Positions 24,854 to 38,714 are shown, counted from the stretch's first letter. The stretch is DNA of 64,000 nt from Octopus sinensis (GCF_006345805.1 NC_043026.1:496001-560000), one strand, 5' to 3'. The notes: generated by a model from the sequence alone, not told the origin. Numbers and translations are program-made.

Positions 24854-25442
24854 TACATGTGAGTTCTCTAGACATCCTAGTGGTTGAGGCTATACTCATG
24901 AAGTAATGTAGATAATTAAGTAACATAAACAGATTTCCAAAGTTCATTAAAGTTCTTTAAAGATGATGTACAGTCTTATCACAGAATTTAAAAAAATATA
25001 ACAAGAATTGATACCTACCTCATTGTGTTCAACCATTGATAAATTTATCGCCTGTGAATATGAAATTCCTCTTCATTTCTCTGGAAATTTACATCTACAC
25101 CACTGGAAATTGTGCATCTATACAAAGGATTAATTCACCCTCTCTGTAATGCTAATAAGCAGGAATTGAGACCCACCTCGTTGTGATTAACAATGGATAA
25201 ATTTGTCTTTCTGTGAGTATGTAATCCCTCATCATATCTCTGGAAATTCATATGTGCACTATGGATTAGGGTCACCTTCTCTGTGATGGCTATTTAAACT
25301 TTTTTAAATTCTGTGATAAGACTGTACATCATCTTTAAAGAACTTTAATGAACTTTGGAAATCTGTTTATGTTACTTAATTATCTACAATACTTCATGAG
25401 TATAGCCTCAACCACTAGGGATGTCTAGAGAACTCACATGTA

Positions 25443-25530
25443 TTTTAGCTGATGAGTACGGGACACGTTATATGCTGTAATTTTTGCAACTTTTTAAAAG
25501 CTGTCCTTGTATGAAACGATTGTACTAAAA
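25443..25530 (+). ncRNA. Type I hammerhead ribozyme, right arm of inverted repeat
   Basis: UUUUAG-CUGAUGA (25449-55)-GUACGGGACA...UGUCCUUGUAU-GAAA (25513-16)-CGAUUG-UA-CUAAAA. GUA cleavage after 25524. Confidence 0.75.
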
Positions 25531-25567
25531 ACCTATCCATTCTTGTTGCTTCTTTCTCGCGTATAGA

Positions 25568-25598
<31 letters not shown>

Positions 25599-25653
25599 GC
25601 ATAATCATCATCATCGTTTTAACGTCCGCTTTCCATACTGGCATGGGTTGGGC

Positions 25654-25690
<37 letters not shown>

Positions 25691-25693
<3 letters not shown>

Positions 25694-26581
25694 GGTGTCC
25701 ATAAAGTCTCTCTACAATTAAAAAAAATTATTACATAGGCAGTTGACGAGATATTTTAACCAGATTTATTTTATGTTAATAATTGTTTATTAAAGTTATT
25801 TTTTATATTCAATTTTTGTGTTTCAGATACTCTGTTGATGGAAGGGAACTGATTCACTGAACTCCTATAAAATGGCTACTCCTCATGAAAAGGCACAATG
25901 TGTATCCTGGTTTATTGAAACAAAATTGGATGTTCAGACTCAACGAAACTACAGAACTAAGTTTGGAAGAGATCCACAATTGCGTCCTTCAATTCGTGCA
26001 TGTGTGGTATCGAATCAAGTGCAATCGAATAATTTTTCTTCAACGAGGCGGCAATTACTGAAGATGTTTACCTTGACCTTCTGACCGAATATGTGGCACC
26101 ACAACTGATTGATTTACAACCAACCATCATTTTCCAGCAAGATGGTGCATCATCACATTGGGGACGGCATGTTCGTCAGTTCTTCAATCAAACATTTCCA
26201 GACTGATGGATTGGAAGGGATAGGCCAATTCCATGGCCACCGCGTTCGCCAGATATCACTCCCTTGGACTTCGTTTTATGGGGTTATGTAAAAGATATCG
26301 TGTATCAAACAAAGGTAAGGGACATTGCTGACTTGAAGCAAAGAATTCGTAATGCCATTGCCACCGTTGATGAGGCTACCCTACAGCGAACATGGCAAGA
26401 AATCGAGTACCATCTTGATGTGCTTCGCGCAACTAATGGTGCTCATATTGAGGTCTATTAAATAACAGTTAAAAAACTTTAATAAACAATTATTACAATA
26501 AAACAAATCTGGTGAAGATATCTTGTCAATTGCCTTTGTAATAAAATTTTAAAACTGTAAAGAGACTTTATGGACACCCTG
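25691..26581 (+). mobile_element. Internally deleted Tc1/mariner-superfamily DNA transposon
   Basis: TIRs cagggtgtccataaagtctct with TA flanks. N-terminal MATPHEKAQCVSWFIET and C-terminal FQQDGA...WPPRSPDITPLDFVLWGYVKD, with stops and frameshifts. Confidence 0.9.
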
Positions 26582-26764
26582 TATATATAAATACGCCCAA
26601 TTTTTACCAAATAAATACGTTTTATTTATTATTTTGCACATTACTTAATCATTAGTATATGTTTTTATTTTATATTTCATTTTTTCTATAGGTTGTAATT
26701 TTTTTCTATATAGTATAATTTAATTTTTTCATTACTGAATTGATAAAAGGTGTTTTTTTTTCTA

Positions 26765-26817
<53 letters not shown>

Positions 26818-27937
26818 TATAAAGGTTATGTATGCATATATTTTCAGGAGAGCATTGAACTTAAGTTCTCTAACCTTAAACCCAGCCGCATAACCATTAT
26901 CATCGCCACGAACAACAACACCATCACCACCGACACAGCTGGTATCAGTAGTCTTTTCCCTATCATCTTTTGACATATCTATTTATACAAATCACACCAG
27001 TAAGAGCGAAACTACCAATGCCAAACCATTCCCACTACTAAAACATGTCAACCTTTTCCTCCCCCCCATTCTTCTAATCATAATTTTCATAATTTTCTAA
27101 AATAACCACCATAAATATCGTCGTCGTCATAATCATCATCATCATCATCATCGTGGTTGTCGTCTCTTTTATATGGTAACTTAAAAACTATATTAAAAAC
27201 TATATATATATATATGTATGTAGGTATGTATACACACACAAGCACGCACGCGCGCGCGCACACACACATACACACACACACAAAGACGCACACACACATT
27301 AACATACATATTTGTATATATATATATACATCTGCACCATCGGATGCTCTAGAGCCAGTTGTTAAACATCCCATTTGTGTGGGATCGATACTAGATGTGT
27401 CGAAAACAATTGTAGTGATTAATAAAAATTCTCGTATCTCTCATCTTCCGACTCTCTTTAACACACACACAGACATACACACACACACGCACGCACGCAC
27501 GCAAAAAATAAAACTATTTTATTCCACACGAGTAGAAATATAGTAAAATATATGTTGAAAATGCACTGAGAATACTTAAAATATTCTTTTATAGTTATAT
27601 TTAACCGGTTTCATAGTTTTCGTGATTTTCAAAAGATTCAAATAGAAACACCTGGCTTATGTCGCAGCTGTTTTGCTACTGACTAGTGTTTTGAACTTAC
27701 CCTATATTCATAGGAAGTTCATGACTCAAAGTAGTATATGTTTTGAGTAGAAATTGATTGGTAGAGGATAGTCACATGACTGGTCTTAGAAAGTTTAACA
27801 GGTTCCCCGCTACGTCCATGTATTAGTATCAAGTGGCAATGTCTGGCGTCGTAAGTTGAGGTTGACACGGTTGACTGAACACACCTAGTGACTACCAAAT
27901 AATCAATGTTCTGAATGTTTTCTGTCAAGTGTTTGTA

Positions 27938-28072
<135 letters not shown>

Positions 28073-29414
28073 GTTATATATGTATACATACATATATATG
28101 TATGTATATATATATATATATATATATACCTATGCATACATACGCACACACACATATATATATAATACATACATACACACACACACATATATATGTATAT
28201 ATATTTGTACACACAGCCAGGTACATATTTAAGAAATAGAAAGTTCAGGCGAATACTAAGTTAACACTTCATACAAGATCTTAGCAGACAGAATGTGTAA
28301 GAAAATAAGAATTCCGCAAAAGAAAGAAACATTCTACTAATTCAAATAACATGATATTACATACGAGCTATAAGTCCTAGGAAAAATACCGATTATCAGG
28401 TTGGTGCATTCCTTGCAGAGTATAAAAATAAGCAAACAATACAGATTTATATCATTTGTATGTATAACTTATCATGAAGATTGATGCAAAAATTTCTGAT
28501 TATTGAAACGATCGTAGCTGATTAAAAATTCTAATGCCGCCATCTTCATTCCTGTATTCTTTTATACATTGCGATAATAATCGGTATTTTTCTCAGGATA
28601 TGTATGAAGAATGAACATGTGTGTGTATGTGTAAGCATAGTACATATATGCACGCACACACACACACACACACACACAGAACAGACACACACACACACAC
28701 ACACAGACACACAGACACACACACACACACAAGTGTATATATGTATGTATGAGTGTTTGTGCATATATCTATATATATAAAACTCAACTTGTGTGTCTGT
28801 CTGTGTGTTTAAATTCCTGGCACATCTCCTCCTAGCCAACAAATCGTAGAACCATCAAAAATGGGTCACTTAAAGTTTAGGCGAATGAACATTGAACTGC
28901 GCCCTTTTTGTTCCGAAATTCATTTCGCAAGTGCAAAAATCGATAATGTGTTTGTTTAGGCCTTATAGATTATAGATTAAAGTTTGAGCATTGAAGGAGG
29001 TAACTCTAGAAAAACTATCAATGTTAGAGAGTAGCCTCACTTGGAAGAAATAATGGCTGAGTGATAGAATGACATAAGATAGCGAGGGGAATGAGAGTGG
29101 TGTGAGGGGATAGGGGAAAGTAAGATATAAAAATGTTTAGTGAAAGGGAAACAGGCAACGAGAAACCATGGAGAATATGAGTAATACTGATCAAAAAGAA
29201 TAATTCAGCAATGCAATTATTTGATCAAAAATTTATGAAACGCTTCTACGTACTTCCTATTGAGGAAATGTAACACATAAGCGCTAAAATAGAGGGCATT
29301 AAATGGTTGATTTTAAAACCAAAAATAATTGAATTTTGATTGAACTTCATCCAAGTTTAGCTTAATTCGCGCGTGCATAGAACGCACGAGCGCACGAGCC
29401 GGGCAATAGTGCTA

Positions 29415-29470
<56 letters not shown>

Positions 29471-29515
29471 GCCATACAACGTGAACTGCTTCAATATAGA
29501 TGAAAGAAAACTTAC

Positions 29516-29673
29516 CCAGAATCCTTTGTTCTCATAGTATGTCGTTTCTGTCTTCTTCCTCATTTTGTGATGTCGTTTCCATATAAGATATATCGATACA
29601 CCAGCAATAATCAATATAATAATAACGCACAATGGTGTGGCAATTTTCATTGTTGTATGATTGTCGGGAGTCA
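29516..29673 (-). CDS. Receptor gene exon: transmembrane helix and juxtamembrane tail
   Basis: Acceptor ctttttcag|TG, donor TGG|GTAAGT, phase 1 to 0. Translates TPDNHTTMKIATPLCVIIILIIAGVSIYLIWKRHHKMRKKTETTYYENKGFW: hydrophobic span, basic stop-transfer, Tyr motif. Confidence 0.85.
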
Positions 29674-30504
29674 CTGAAAAAGTGGAGTACAAAAAAAACT
29701 TCAATGTCATATTTTTTTTTGCTTCTTCAATAATATATATTCTTTTCTACTTTAGGCACACGGCCCGAATTTGTTTTGGGGGAGGGCGTCAATCGATTAG
29801 ATGGACTCCACTACGCAACTGATACTTAATTTATCGATCCCGAAAAGATGAATGGTAAAGTTGACCTCGGCGGTATTTGAACTCAGAACATAAAGACAGA
29901 CGAAATATCGCTTAGCATTTCGCCCGGCGGGCTAACGTTTCTTATTTATTGCCCACAAAGGGCTAAACATAGAGGGAACAAACAAGGACAGACAAAGGGA
30001 TTAAGTCAATTACACCGACCCCAGTGCGTAACTGGTACTTAATTTATCGACCCCGCAAGGATGAAAGGCAAAGTCGACCTCGGCGGAATTTGAACTCAGA
30101 ACATAGCGGTAGACGAAATACCGCTAAACATTTCGCCCGGCGTGCTAACGATTCTGCTAACTCACCGGCGTAAATGCGATGGGGAAATCGACTACATTGA
30201 TTCCCAACTCTCAACTGGTACTTTATCGTATCGAAACCGAATGGGTGAAAAGGCAGTTGACCTCGTTAGGAGGTTTAATATTACGTCGATATTATCTGAC
30301 GGTTACACCTTACACTATTGCCGAAGTTACAGAGACGTAAACGCACAAACACCGGTTATCAAGCGGTTGTGGGGTTCAAACACACACACACACACACACA
30401 CATATCTATATTTATACATAATTAGGATAAAATCCTTATCTGATGATTTATCAGCGGCCAGCAGACTAAAAATACCATAATGGTTAATTTATATTAAAAT
30501 TATA

Positions 30505-30685
30505 ATAAGGGTGCTGAATGATTACAACACCAGTCTGCTAGAAATAGACCCCAAATTGTCTTTGAACTACTTAGATTATTACTCCACTACACAAGTGGAG
30601 TAATAATCTAAGTGGTTCATAGACCATTTGGAGTTTATTTCTAGCAGACTGGTGTTGTAATCATTTAACACCCTTATCATAATGT
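30505..30685. mobile_element. Palindromic MITE/foldback
   Basis: ~85-bp arms centred on ctccac-tacacaa-gtggag. Confidence 0.75.
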
Positions 30686-31489
30686 TATATATATATATAT
30701 ATATATATATATGAATTCTCAAACGCAGGATAATGCTAATAATATAGCCTGAACAAGATAAGCTACCCCTATTTCGCAGGGAAAAGTGTTGGCGGTCCCG
30801 CCAACACACACACACACACACATATATATGTAGAAGCTCGAGTTTCTATATAACGATGATTGCATTAATTAAATATCCAAATGATGATATAAATGAAATG
30901 TATCTACACAGGAAACGTAACTAAACAACATAAATTTTTTAGCTTCAAACTATTTCCCATTTTTATTTCCGAATCGATCCATACACTCAAAGCCAACGTT
31001 AATCAGCTTCCTTCTTCTCCTGGACTCCTTTGAAATAGCTAACTGCTTACCATAACAAGGCACATCCAAATTACGTTACTGACACACCCATGCTATCTAC
31101 ACCACTTCCACCCCTGTGTCTGCACTAACTGCTTTTTCTTCCATCCAATTACGTCACCCTTGTGAAATTCCATTTCCTTTCATGTTTTTCCTGTAGAAGT
31201 AATCTGAATTTCAACTGTATCAGTTTCTCATTAGTCTCAGAGGACCTGCGAAGGTGAAATATACTTTTTTCTGGATGTAGAAAATTATTTTCTTTATTTG
31301 CCACTAAGGGATTAACATAGAGGGACAATACAAGGCAAAGGGGTAGGGGTCATACAAAAAAAAGCATATACACAGGTTTTAACAAAAGGTAAAAGGCTAG
31401 ATATTATTCATGTAAACATAAAAACAACGTAGATCTCAAAAGTTTTCTGGGTTGATCGCGGAAACCCCACAAGCCGCAAGCCAATCGCT

Positions 31490-31965
31490 AGGTCAAAACC
31501 TAGAAGTTCATACTCAAGTCAGGTCCATTCATTCTGACCATTCTTGCAACATTTGTCCATCTTATCTCAAATTAGCTCGGGAACAATAACTCTCTCTCCA
31601 GCCTTAGTTTTCTTTTCATGTGGAAGATGAAGAAGTTAATCAAACCAGTGCCAGAGAGAAAGGTGCCCGTCCTCAAGCCTTTCACCCGTGACAGTCACAC
31701 AACCTCTTTCGCCACTAAGCAAGGAAAAGCTGCCTGGCTTTCCCGGTTAAAAGAGGGCGGTGGGACAATCTTAATGATGGACTCAGTTGACAGCTGTGCT
31801 CCTCACAGACGCGACAACCAGGTGTTTGACATATACCCACACGTCAGATATCATCGGACACTGGACGAGTGTGGGCAGAACGGCCTCATCGCTCTGTCCG
31901 CATCTTGGGCAGGTCCGACTGACTGCACTTTCGTGCCTGAAAAGTTTATCCCAAACTGGTAGTTT
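31490..31965 (-). mobile_element. Tx1/L1-clade LINE 3' relic
   Basis: Minus frame LPVWDKLFRHESAVSRTCPRCGQSDEAVLPTLVQCP (degenerate zinc knuckle)...LINFFIFHMKRKLRLER. Homologous to 44840-45150(+). Confidence 0.75.
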
Positions 31966-32077
31966 TAATCCCTTAAAGGGACTGAATCAGTTCATCAATT
32001 TCACTATGCTGCTTCTATTTACTGTCGTGAGTTACATATTATTATGTAAAATCTGTATAGGTATAGATGATATTTAC

Positions 32078-32401
32078 CGCTGTGAATTAAATGTCTCGGA
32101 TTCATGTACATAATTTAATACGGTTACTGGATAGAAACGACTGATTTCCTAGCTTCTTACTTTATACATGGTTTATCTATCGACCTCATATCACGCGCTC
32201 TTACAATGTGTACGTACCATGTTATCACAGTACATCTGCATACGACACTCGTGTCACGTTTATGAACGAAACTGTAGGGTCTAATTACTCGATTGCTGTT
32301 CTGTAGCAACCTGCAGTTGAGTACTCCCAAATTAGCACTCCCAAATCTCTACGTAAAGAGTGAACTTCTGCATGTAAAGTAACATTGTAAGGTGCAGTCA
32401 C
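32078..32401 (-). pseudogene. Possible decayed FN3 pseudo-exon
   Basis: ctatag| and |GTAAAT bound 324 nt. APYNVTLHAEVHSLRRDLGVLIWE aligns by eye with NNIDLHFVVSILRRTSCLLEW of the upstream FN3 exon. Several stops follow and the phase is wrong. Confidence 0.35.
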
Positions 32402-33459
32402 CTATAGCGTTCTCAATCAACGCAGGGATTGTCTTAGTATGTCAATTTTAATCCTTATTCTCATAATACACTATTGTAAATGAAAATTTTTTTTTCAAAA
32501 GACTGAAGAAGGACAAAAGTTTGTGAATGATAGCTGAATAAAGGAATTAAATAATAGGCCGGAAATCTTGGAGGAGGGGGCCAATCGCTTATATCGATCC
32601 CAGTGTCTAACTATTATTACTTATTTTGTCAACCTCGAGACGACGAAAGGCCAAGTTAACTACGGAGAGATTTGAACACAGAACGTAAAAAACACAGATC
32701 GTAAACACGAACAAAATACCACTAAGTTTTTTGTCCGGCGCACTAATAATCCTGTCAGCTCGCATAACATCGGTCTCAAATTTTGGCACAAGAGTAAGTC
32801 GATTACATCGACCCCAGTGCTTAACTGTTACTTATTTTATTGACTCCGAAAGGATGTAAGGCAAAGTTGACCTCGGCGGGATTTGAACTCAGAACGTTTA
32901 AGACGGATGAAATACCGCTAATCATTTTGCCTGGCGTGCTAACGATTCTGCCAGCTCGCCACCTTAATAATACTGAAGGTAATAATCCTTTCCCTTATAT
33001 GCACAAGGCCTGAAGTTTGGGGGAGGGGTTTAGTCGATTACATCGACCCCACTGCTCAACTGGTACTTATTTCATCGATCCTGAAGGATGAAAGGCAAAG
33101 TCGACCTCGGTGGAATTTGAACTCAGAACGTAAAGACGAGTGAAATACCGCTAAGCATTTCGCCCGGCCTGCTAACGATTCTTCCAGCAGGTTTCCTTAA
33201 TAATGATAATAAGAGTAATAATTAGAAAATGTTTTTAATAAATAATCATGAAAGTATTCAATACCTCATCAGAATAAACGTGAAATGAAGAGTTTTGGTT
33301 AGGAATACTATGCACCACCAAGTCCAGGACTCGAAACTGCGATCTTACGATCATGAATACAATATCTTAACCACTTCCAAGCCACACATTCTCACAAATA
33401 TTACTTAAAAATAATAAAGAAATAACAAAAAGTTAAAAATTTTATAAATGCGTGCCAAC

Positions 33460-33798
33460 CTCTTTTTAATTTTGTCTTGAAATGAAGTGAAGTCAACAGA
33501 AAGCGTTTTGTGCCGTGTATGTTCGGTAGCCACATTAATCCCGCTTCATATCGCCTACCTGGTAGTAGAGACTCTAGTTTATAATGCACGGTCGTAGAGT
33601 TAAGGGCTTCGCTCCAGGTCCAGTTGGCAGGGTTGGTGGCCCGTTCCCTGTGAACGACATACAATGCTCTGGTCGAATTCTGTGAACGGGTAGTCAATTG
33701 ATGCCATTCTAGAAGACAAGAGGTTCTGCGCAATATGGAAACTACAAAGTGGAGATCAATGTTGTTCGAGATTGTGTCGTCAACATTTTCGTATTTTA
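33460..33798 (-). CDS. Receptor gene exon: fibronectin type III domain
   Basis: Acceptor ttcttttttag|TA, donor G|GTTGGC, 339 nt, phase 1-1. Shows FN3 signatures CLLEW and YKLESLLPGRRYE. Confidence 0.85.
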
Positions 33799-35046
33799 CT
33801 AAAAAAGAAAAAGAAGCATTGAAAATGTTTGAAAAATATTTGAAAATTCAATTAATATATTCCTAGTAATTCCACCACATAAAAATAAAACGCTGACCGG
33901 ATTTGCTCTCCAAAGAAATCGATGACAAGGTATTATAGCGAGATGAAATAAAAGGATACTGATTCCATATCATGAAAACAGCCAGAAAGAAAGTCCTTAT
34001 TTGCACTCAGGAAGGACATACGAGGGTTTGTGTATTTGACCATAGTGAAAACAATTGATATATTTTTGTAAACTTAGTCAAGAGATAAGGCAATGACTGT
34101 AACTTGGGCAAGCCTCGCAGATTGGCTCGAAAAATCGTGTAGTTTGAAACTTCTCTTACCTCAATGAAACGAGTGTGTTGTGCACACACATTGTCTGAAA
34201 GAATAAGTCATTCTCCACAGACGAAATACATCAGTGATTAGCATATACACGTTCGAATACGCCAGGACGTATTAAAAATTAATACGAAAGTCAATGTTTT
34301 CCATACATTTAATGCTAATAAAATGCAATGTTGTTTTCAAATATTTCAATATCATACGATATCTGGTATTAAAACTTGAAATATCATAATACTCTTTTCT
34401 ACTCTAGGCAAAAGGCCCGAAATTTTTGGGGAGAAGACAGTCGATTAGATCGATTCCAGTATGCAACTGGTACTTAATTTATCGAACCCGAAATGATGAA
34501 AGGCAATGTCGACGTCGGCGGAATTTGAACTCAGAACATAGCGGTAGACGAAATACCGCTAAACATTTCGCCCGGCGTGCTAACGATTCTGCCAACTCAC
34601 CGCCTTAATAAACTTGAAATATTAATGCTGTCATAGACTAGAAAAAACTCCTGTCGTGGCGATCCAATCAAGGCACAGTTAAAAATAGAAATAAGTATCC
34701 TAAAAGCAGTTCGCGAAAATAAGGAAACGGGGTCCATATCTATAATTTTCAGTCATCTTCATATGTTGGTATTAATAAAGTTTATGTAACTATAAAAACA
34801 AAATAAGTGTGAGCATTCTACACTCAATTACTGATTCATAATTTCAACTCCAACTATAGTCATTCGACTGTAAATCAATCAATCAATCAATCAATCACTC
34901 AATCAATCAATCAATCCATGCATGCATATAAACTTGATAAAACATTATCACTGCTAGTTTCCTTGGAGCTGCGGCCGTTAGAAGTATCCGTCCAGATCTT
35001 CCTTCTAGAACGACAAAAAAATACATTATTTACATTATTTATATTT

Positions 35047-35112
35047 GACGTTTCGGCTGATATACCCTCCAGCCTTCATCAGGTGTCTTGGGGAAATTTC
35101 GAACCTGGGGAT

Positions 35113-35150
<38 letters not shown>

Positions 35151-35182
35151 GCTGTTGTTGTTGTTGCTGTTGTTGTTGTTGC

Positions 35183-35270
<88 letters not shown>

Positions 35271-35443
35271 ATTATTATTATTATTATTCAAGTCACAGCC
35301 TGGCATCAAACTCGGAATCTTGGGATTAGTAGCCCGCGCTCTTAACCATTAAGGTTATATGCCTCAGGAATGAGAACCCAGGTTCGAAATTTCCTCAAGA
35401 CACCTGATGAAGGCTGGAGGGTATATCAGCCGAGACGTTGTGT
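35047..35443. ncRNA. Inverted pair of degenerate Penelope-type hammerheads (35047-35086 minus; 35400-35443 plus)
   Basis: ACAC-CUGAUGA-A-GGCUG..CAGCC-GA(A/G)A-CG-U(C/U)-GUGU. The plus copy has GAGA instead of GAAA. The minus copy lacks the 3' strand of stem I. Confidence 0.55.
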
Positions 35444-36167
35444 TAACAATAAACAAGATGAGGACAAATATCAGTCAAATGTAAGTAATGTAAATAGTGT
35501 ACATAATTCCTCATCTCTTAAATATAGAACGAGAAAAGATAGTTCTATTTGGGAGCTGGAAATTAAGTTAAAAGTACTGTCACCGGGTATGTTTGAATCC
35601 CGCCCCCTACAAACCCCTATTTCGTATTTCTTTATTGCCCACAAGAGGTTAAACACAGAGGGGACAAACAAGGACAGACAAAGGGATTAAGTCGATTATA
35701 TCGACCCCAGTGTGTAACTGGTACTTAATTTATTGATCCCGAAAGGATGAAATGCAAAGTCGACCTCGGCGGAATTTGAACTCAGAACGTAACAGCAGAC
35801 GAAATACCTATTTGTTTACAACCAACAAGGGGCAAAACACAGAGGGGACAAATAAGGATAGACAAACGGATTAAGTCGATTGCATCAGCCCCAGTGCGTA
35901 ACTGGTACTTAATTTATCGACCCCGCAAGGATGAAAGGCAAAGTCGACCTCGGCGGAATTTGAACTCAGAACGTAACTGCAGACGAAATACGGCTGCGCG
36001 TTTCGCCCGGCGTGCTAACGTTTCTGCCAGCTCGCCGAGCTATCGAATAATTAGCTCTAGAGAATTATTATAGTGCGATGATCCGGGAATCAAGTTCGAC
36101 AAGTTGACAGCTGGTATGAAATATTTGCCAAAAGCTTGGAAGGGATAGAATAAAAAAGAAAAAAAAA

Positions 36168-36502
36168 ACAATAGAAATATTGTTATTTCTAAATCTCAGA
36201 GACATTCAGTAACAGGTCTTTAAAGTAAAGGTTATTTGCCAACATGTGGCTGTCCCGAAAGGGACGATGTTACTGTAGTTTTAGCCCTAAGAAACATCAT
36301 TTCTAGTTGGTTATACAACATACTATCTGTGTCCTTGTATTTCCGAGCTGGGAGCTTAGTATTCCCACCAAGCTGAGCTAAAACAACAGTAACATAGTCC
36401 CTTTCGGGACAGCCACATTATGTTGGCAAATAGCCTTTACTTTAAAGAACTGTTACTGTATGTCTTTCTTTGAGAGATTTAGAAATAATAATATTTCTAT
36501 TT
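36168..36502. mobile_element. Foldback MITE, with a partial second copy at ~36625-36790
   Basis: aatagaaatattgttatttctaaatctc...gctgtcccgaaagggac mirrored at 36397-36502. Confidence 0.75.
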
Positions 36503-37399
36503 TTTGATTAGTGACTGTGTGTCACTTTGAAAATTATATGTTCGAACTGTGAATTCAGCAACGCTATCTGGCCAAAGCAGTTACTCTGTGTTGATAAAGG
36601 GCAATAACCCAGAAACTATTCCACAGATGTTTTGCGCTTGATGGGAATGCTGAGCTCCCTGTTAGAAAATATAAGGACACAGATAGTGTGTCGTATAGCC
36701 AACTAGAAACGATGTTTCCTGGGACTAAAACAACAGTAACATCGTCCCTTTCGAGATAGCCACATTATGTTGGCAAATAGCCTTTACTTTGAGGAAAATA
36801 ATGTAAAAGAAGAAATAAGGGAAGTATAAAAATATGTAATAAAATATCTCGGGACCAGGCAACAAGATCGGGAATAGAAAAACAAAAGATAAAAGGAAAT
36901 AGAAAACACATCGAATGATGACGGGAAATATATAGAACTTGATTACCAACTGCAGGAGCAATGTTGCTACGGTTATCAACTTTTGTGTCAAAGAATGTAC
37001 TTCTGCTAGCGCAAGGAGGTTTAAGGTTTCGATATTTGGGATTCTGCATTCAAGTATAGCTCTTGTGTGAGCGAGTTTTTAGTATCCATAATTTTTTCTG
37101 CTATACAAATTTCATATCCCTCTTTGCAATTACTCTTTTTACTGTTTTTACTTGTTTCAGGCATTTGACTGCAGCCATGCTGGAGCACCGCCCGTAGTCG
37201 AGAAAATCGACTCCAGGACTTATTCTTTGTAAGCCTGGTACTTATTATATCGGTCTCTTTTGCCGAACCGCTAAGTTACAGGGACGTAAACACACCAGCA
37301 TCGGTTGTCAAGCGATGTTGGGGGGACAAACACAGACACACAAACATATATACACACATACATATATACACACACACACATATCTATCTATCTATCTAC

Positions 37400-37495
<96 letters not shown>

Positions 37496-37502
37496 ATATC
37501 TA

Positions 37503-37575
<73 letters not shown>

Positions 37576-37669
37576 GGAAAGTATTACGAAAATAAGCAAA
37601 AGACGAAGGCAGGTGGAGTACAAACAAACAAATGTATTAGTATAGCGCTCAGGAATAGAAATATATATA

Positions 37670-38250
37670 TATCTTTATATATAAAAGTCAAGTTGTGTGT
37701 CTGTCTCCTACGATTTAGATCCCTAACTACTCCCACATTTTGCGGTGCAGTTTAACCAAAACCGGGTATCTTATAGTCGTGATTCATATCGAGCCCTTCT
37801 GGGTACTAGCGCGCGTCTACGATGAGTCAACGATTTAAAAAAAAATTTACCATAATTTTTTTTCCATTTTTAATGCATTTTTTTGCTATTTTTTGGCTAT
37901 AACTCTCTAAAAATGCTTATATAGTTATTTCCCTTACAAACCCGAGCAAAAATGGAAAAAAATGATGGTAAATTTTTTAAAAACTCGTTGACTCATCGTA
38001 GACATTTTTAGAGAGTTACTTCCCTTATATAATAGCGAAAAAATGCATTAAAATGGAAAAATATGATGGTAATTTAAAAAAAAAATCGTAGACTCATCGT
38101 AGACGCGCGCTAATACCCAGAAGGGCTCGATATGAATCACGACTATAAGATACCCGGTTTTGGTTAAACTGCACCGCAAAATGTGGGAGTAGTTAGGAAT
38201 CTAAATCGTAGGAGACAGACACACAACTTGACTTTTACATATAAAGATAT
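37670..38250. mobile_element. Two inverted Helitron-like 5' ends
   Basis: tctttatatataaaagtcaagttgtgtgtctgtc... present in both orientations with ~200-bp arms. A similar 5' end lies at ~28767. Confidence 0.6.
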
Positions 38251-38466
38251 ATTTTTTTTCTTTAGTTTTCTAGGTACTCAGCTAGGTACTCAGATGAAAC
38301 TTTTAGCAAGCTAAAGTTCTAGTAAGTAAAACATCAGTAAAGTGTGTCGGACCAAGTTTATAAGCGAGTAGAGCTGATAAGAGGTGGAGAAGCTGTCAAA
38401 ACACACACACAATCTCTCTCTCTCTGTCACACACACAAACACACACGCTCACTCACACACACACAC

Positions 38467-38545
<79 letters not shown>

Positions 38546-38588
38546 CACACACGCACACACACACACGCACACACACATACACACATAC

Positions 38589-38629
<41 letters not shown>

Positions 38630-38676
38630 CACACACACGCACACACACATACACACATACACGCACACACATACAC

Positions 38677-38714
<38 letters not shown>

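Larger units (their letters stand above)
24733..25562. mobile_element. Inverted-repeat element with ~265-bp arms carrying hammerheads (Penelope-like pLTR pair or foldback)
   Basis: 24733-24995 is the near-perfect reverse complement of ~25290-25562. The spacer contains a degenerate ~60-bp direct repeat. Confidence 0.75.

Noticed and set aside
27087-27180. Asp/Tyr-rich candidate tail (DDDDDYDDDDIYGGY)
   Set aside because: It derives from a (GAT)n microsatellite common in these introns.
31618-31962. Plus-strand 114-aa ORF
   Set aside because: It is the antisense shadow of the Tx1 relic.
36935-37050. AEVHSL peptide shared with the 32-kb pseudo-exon
   Set aside because: A six-residue match is within chance, and there is no phase-compatible exon.
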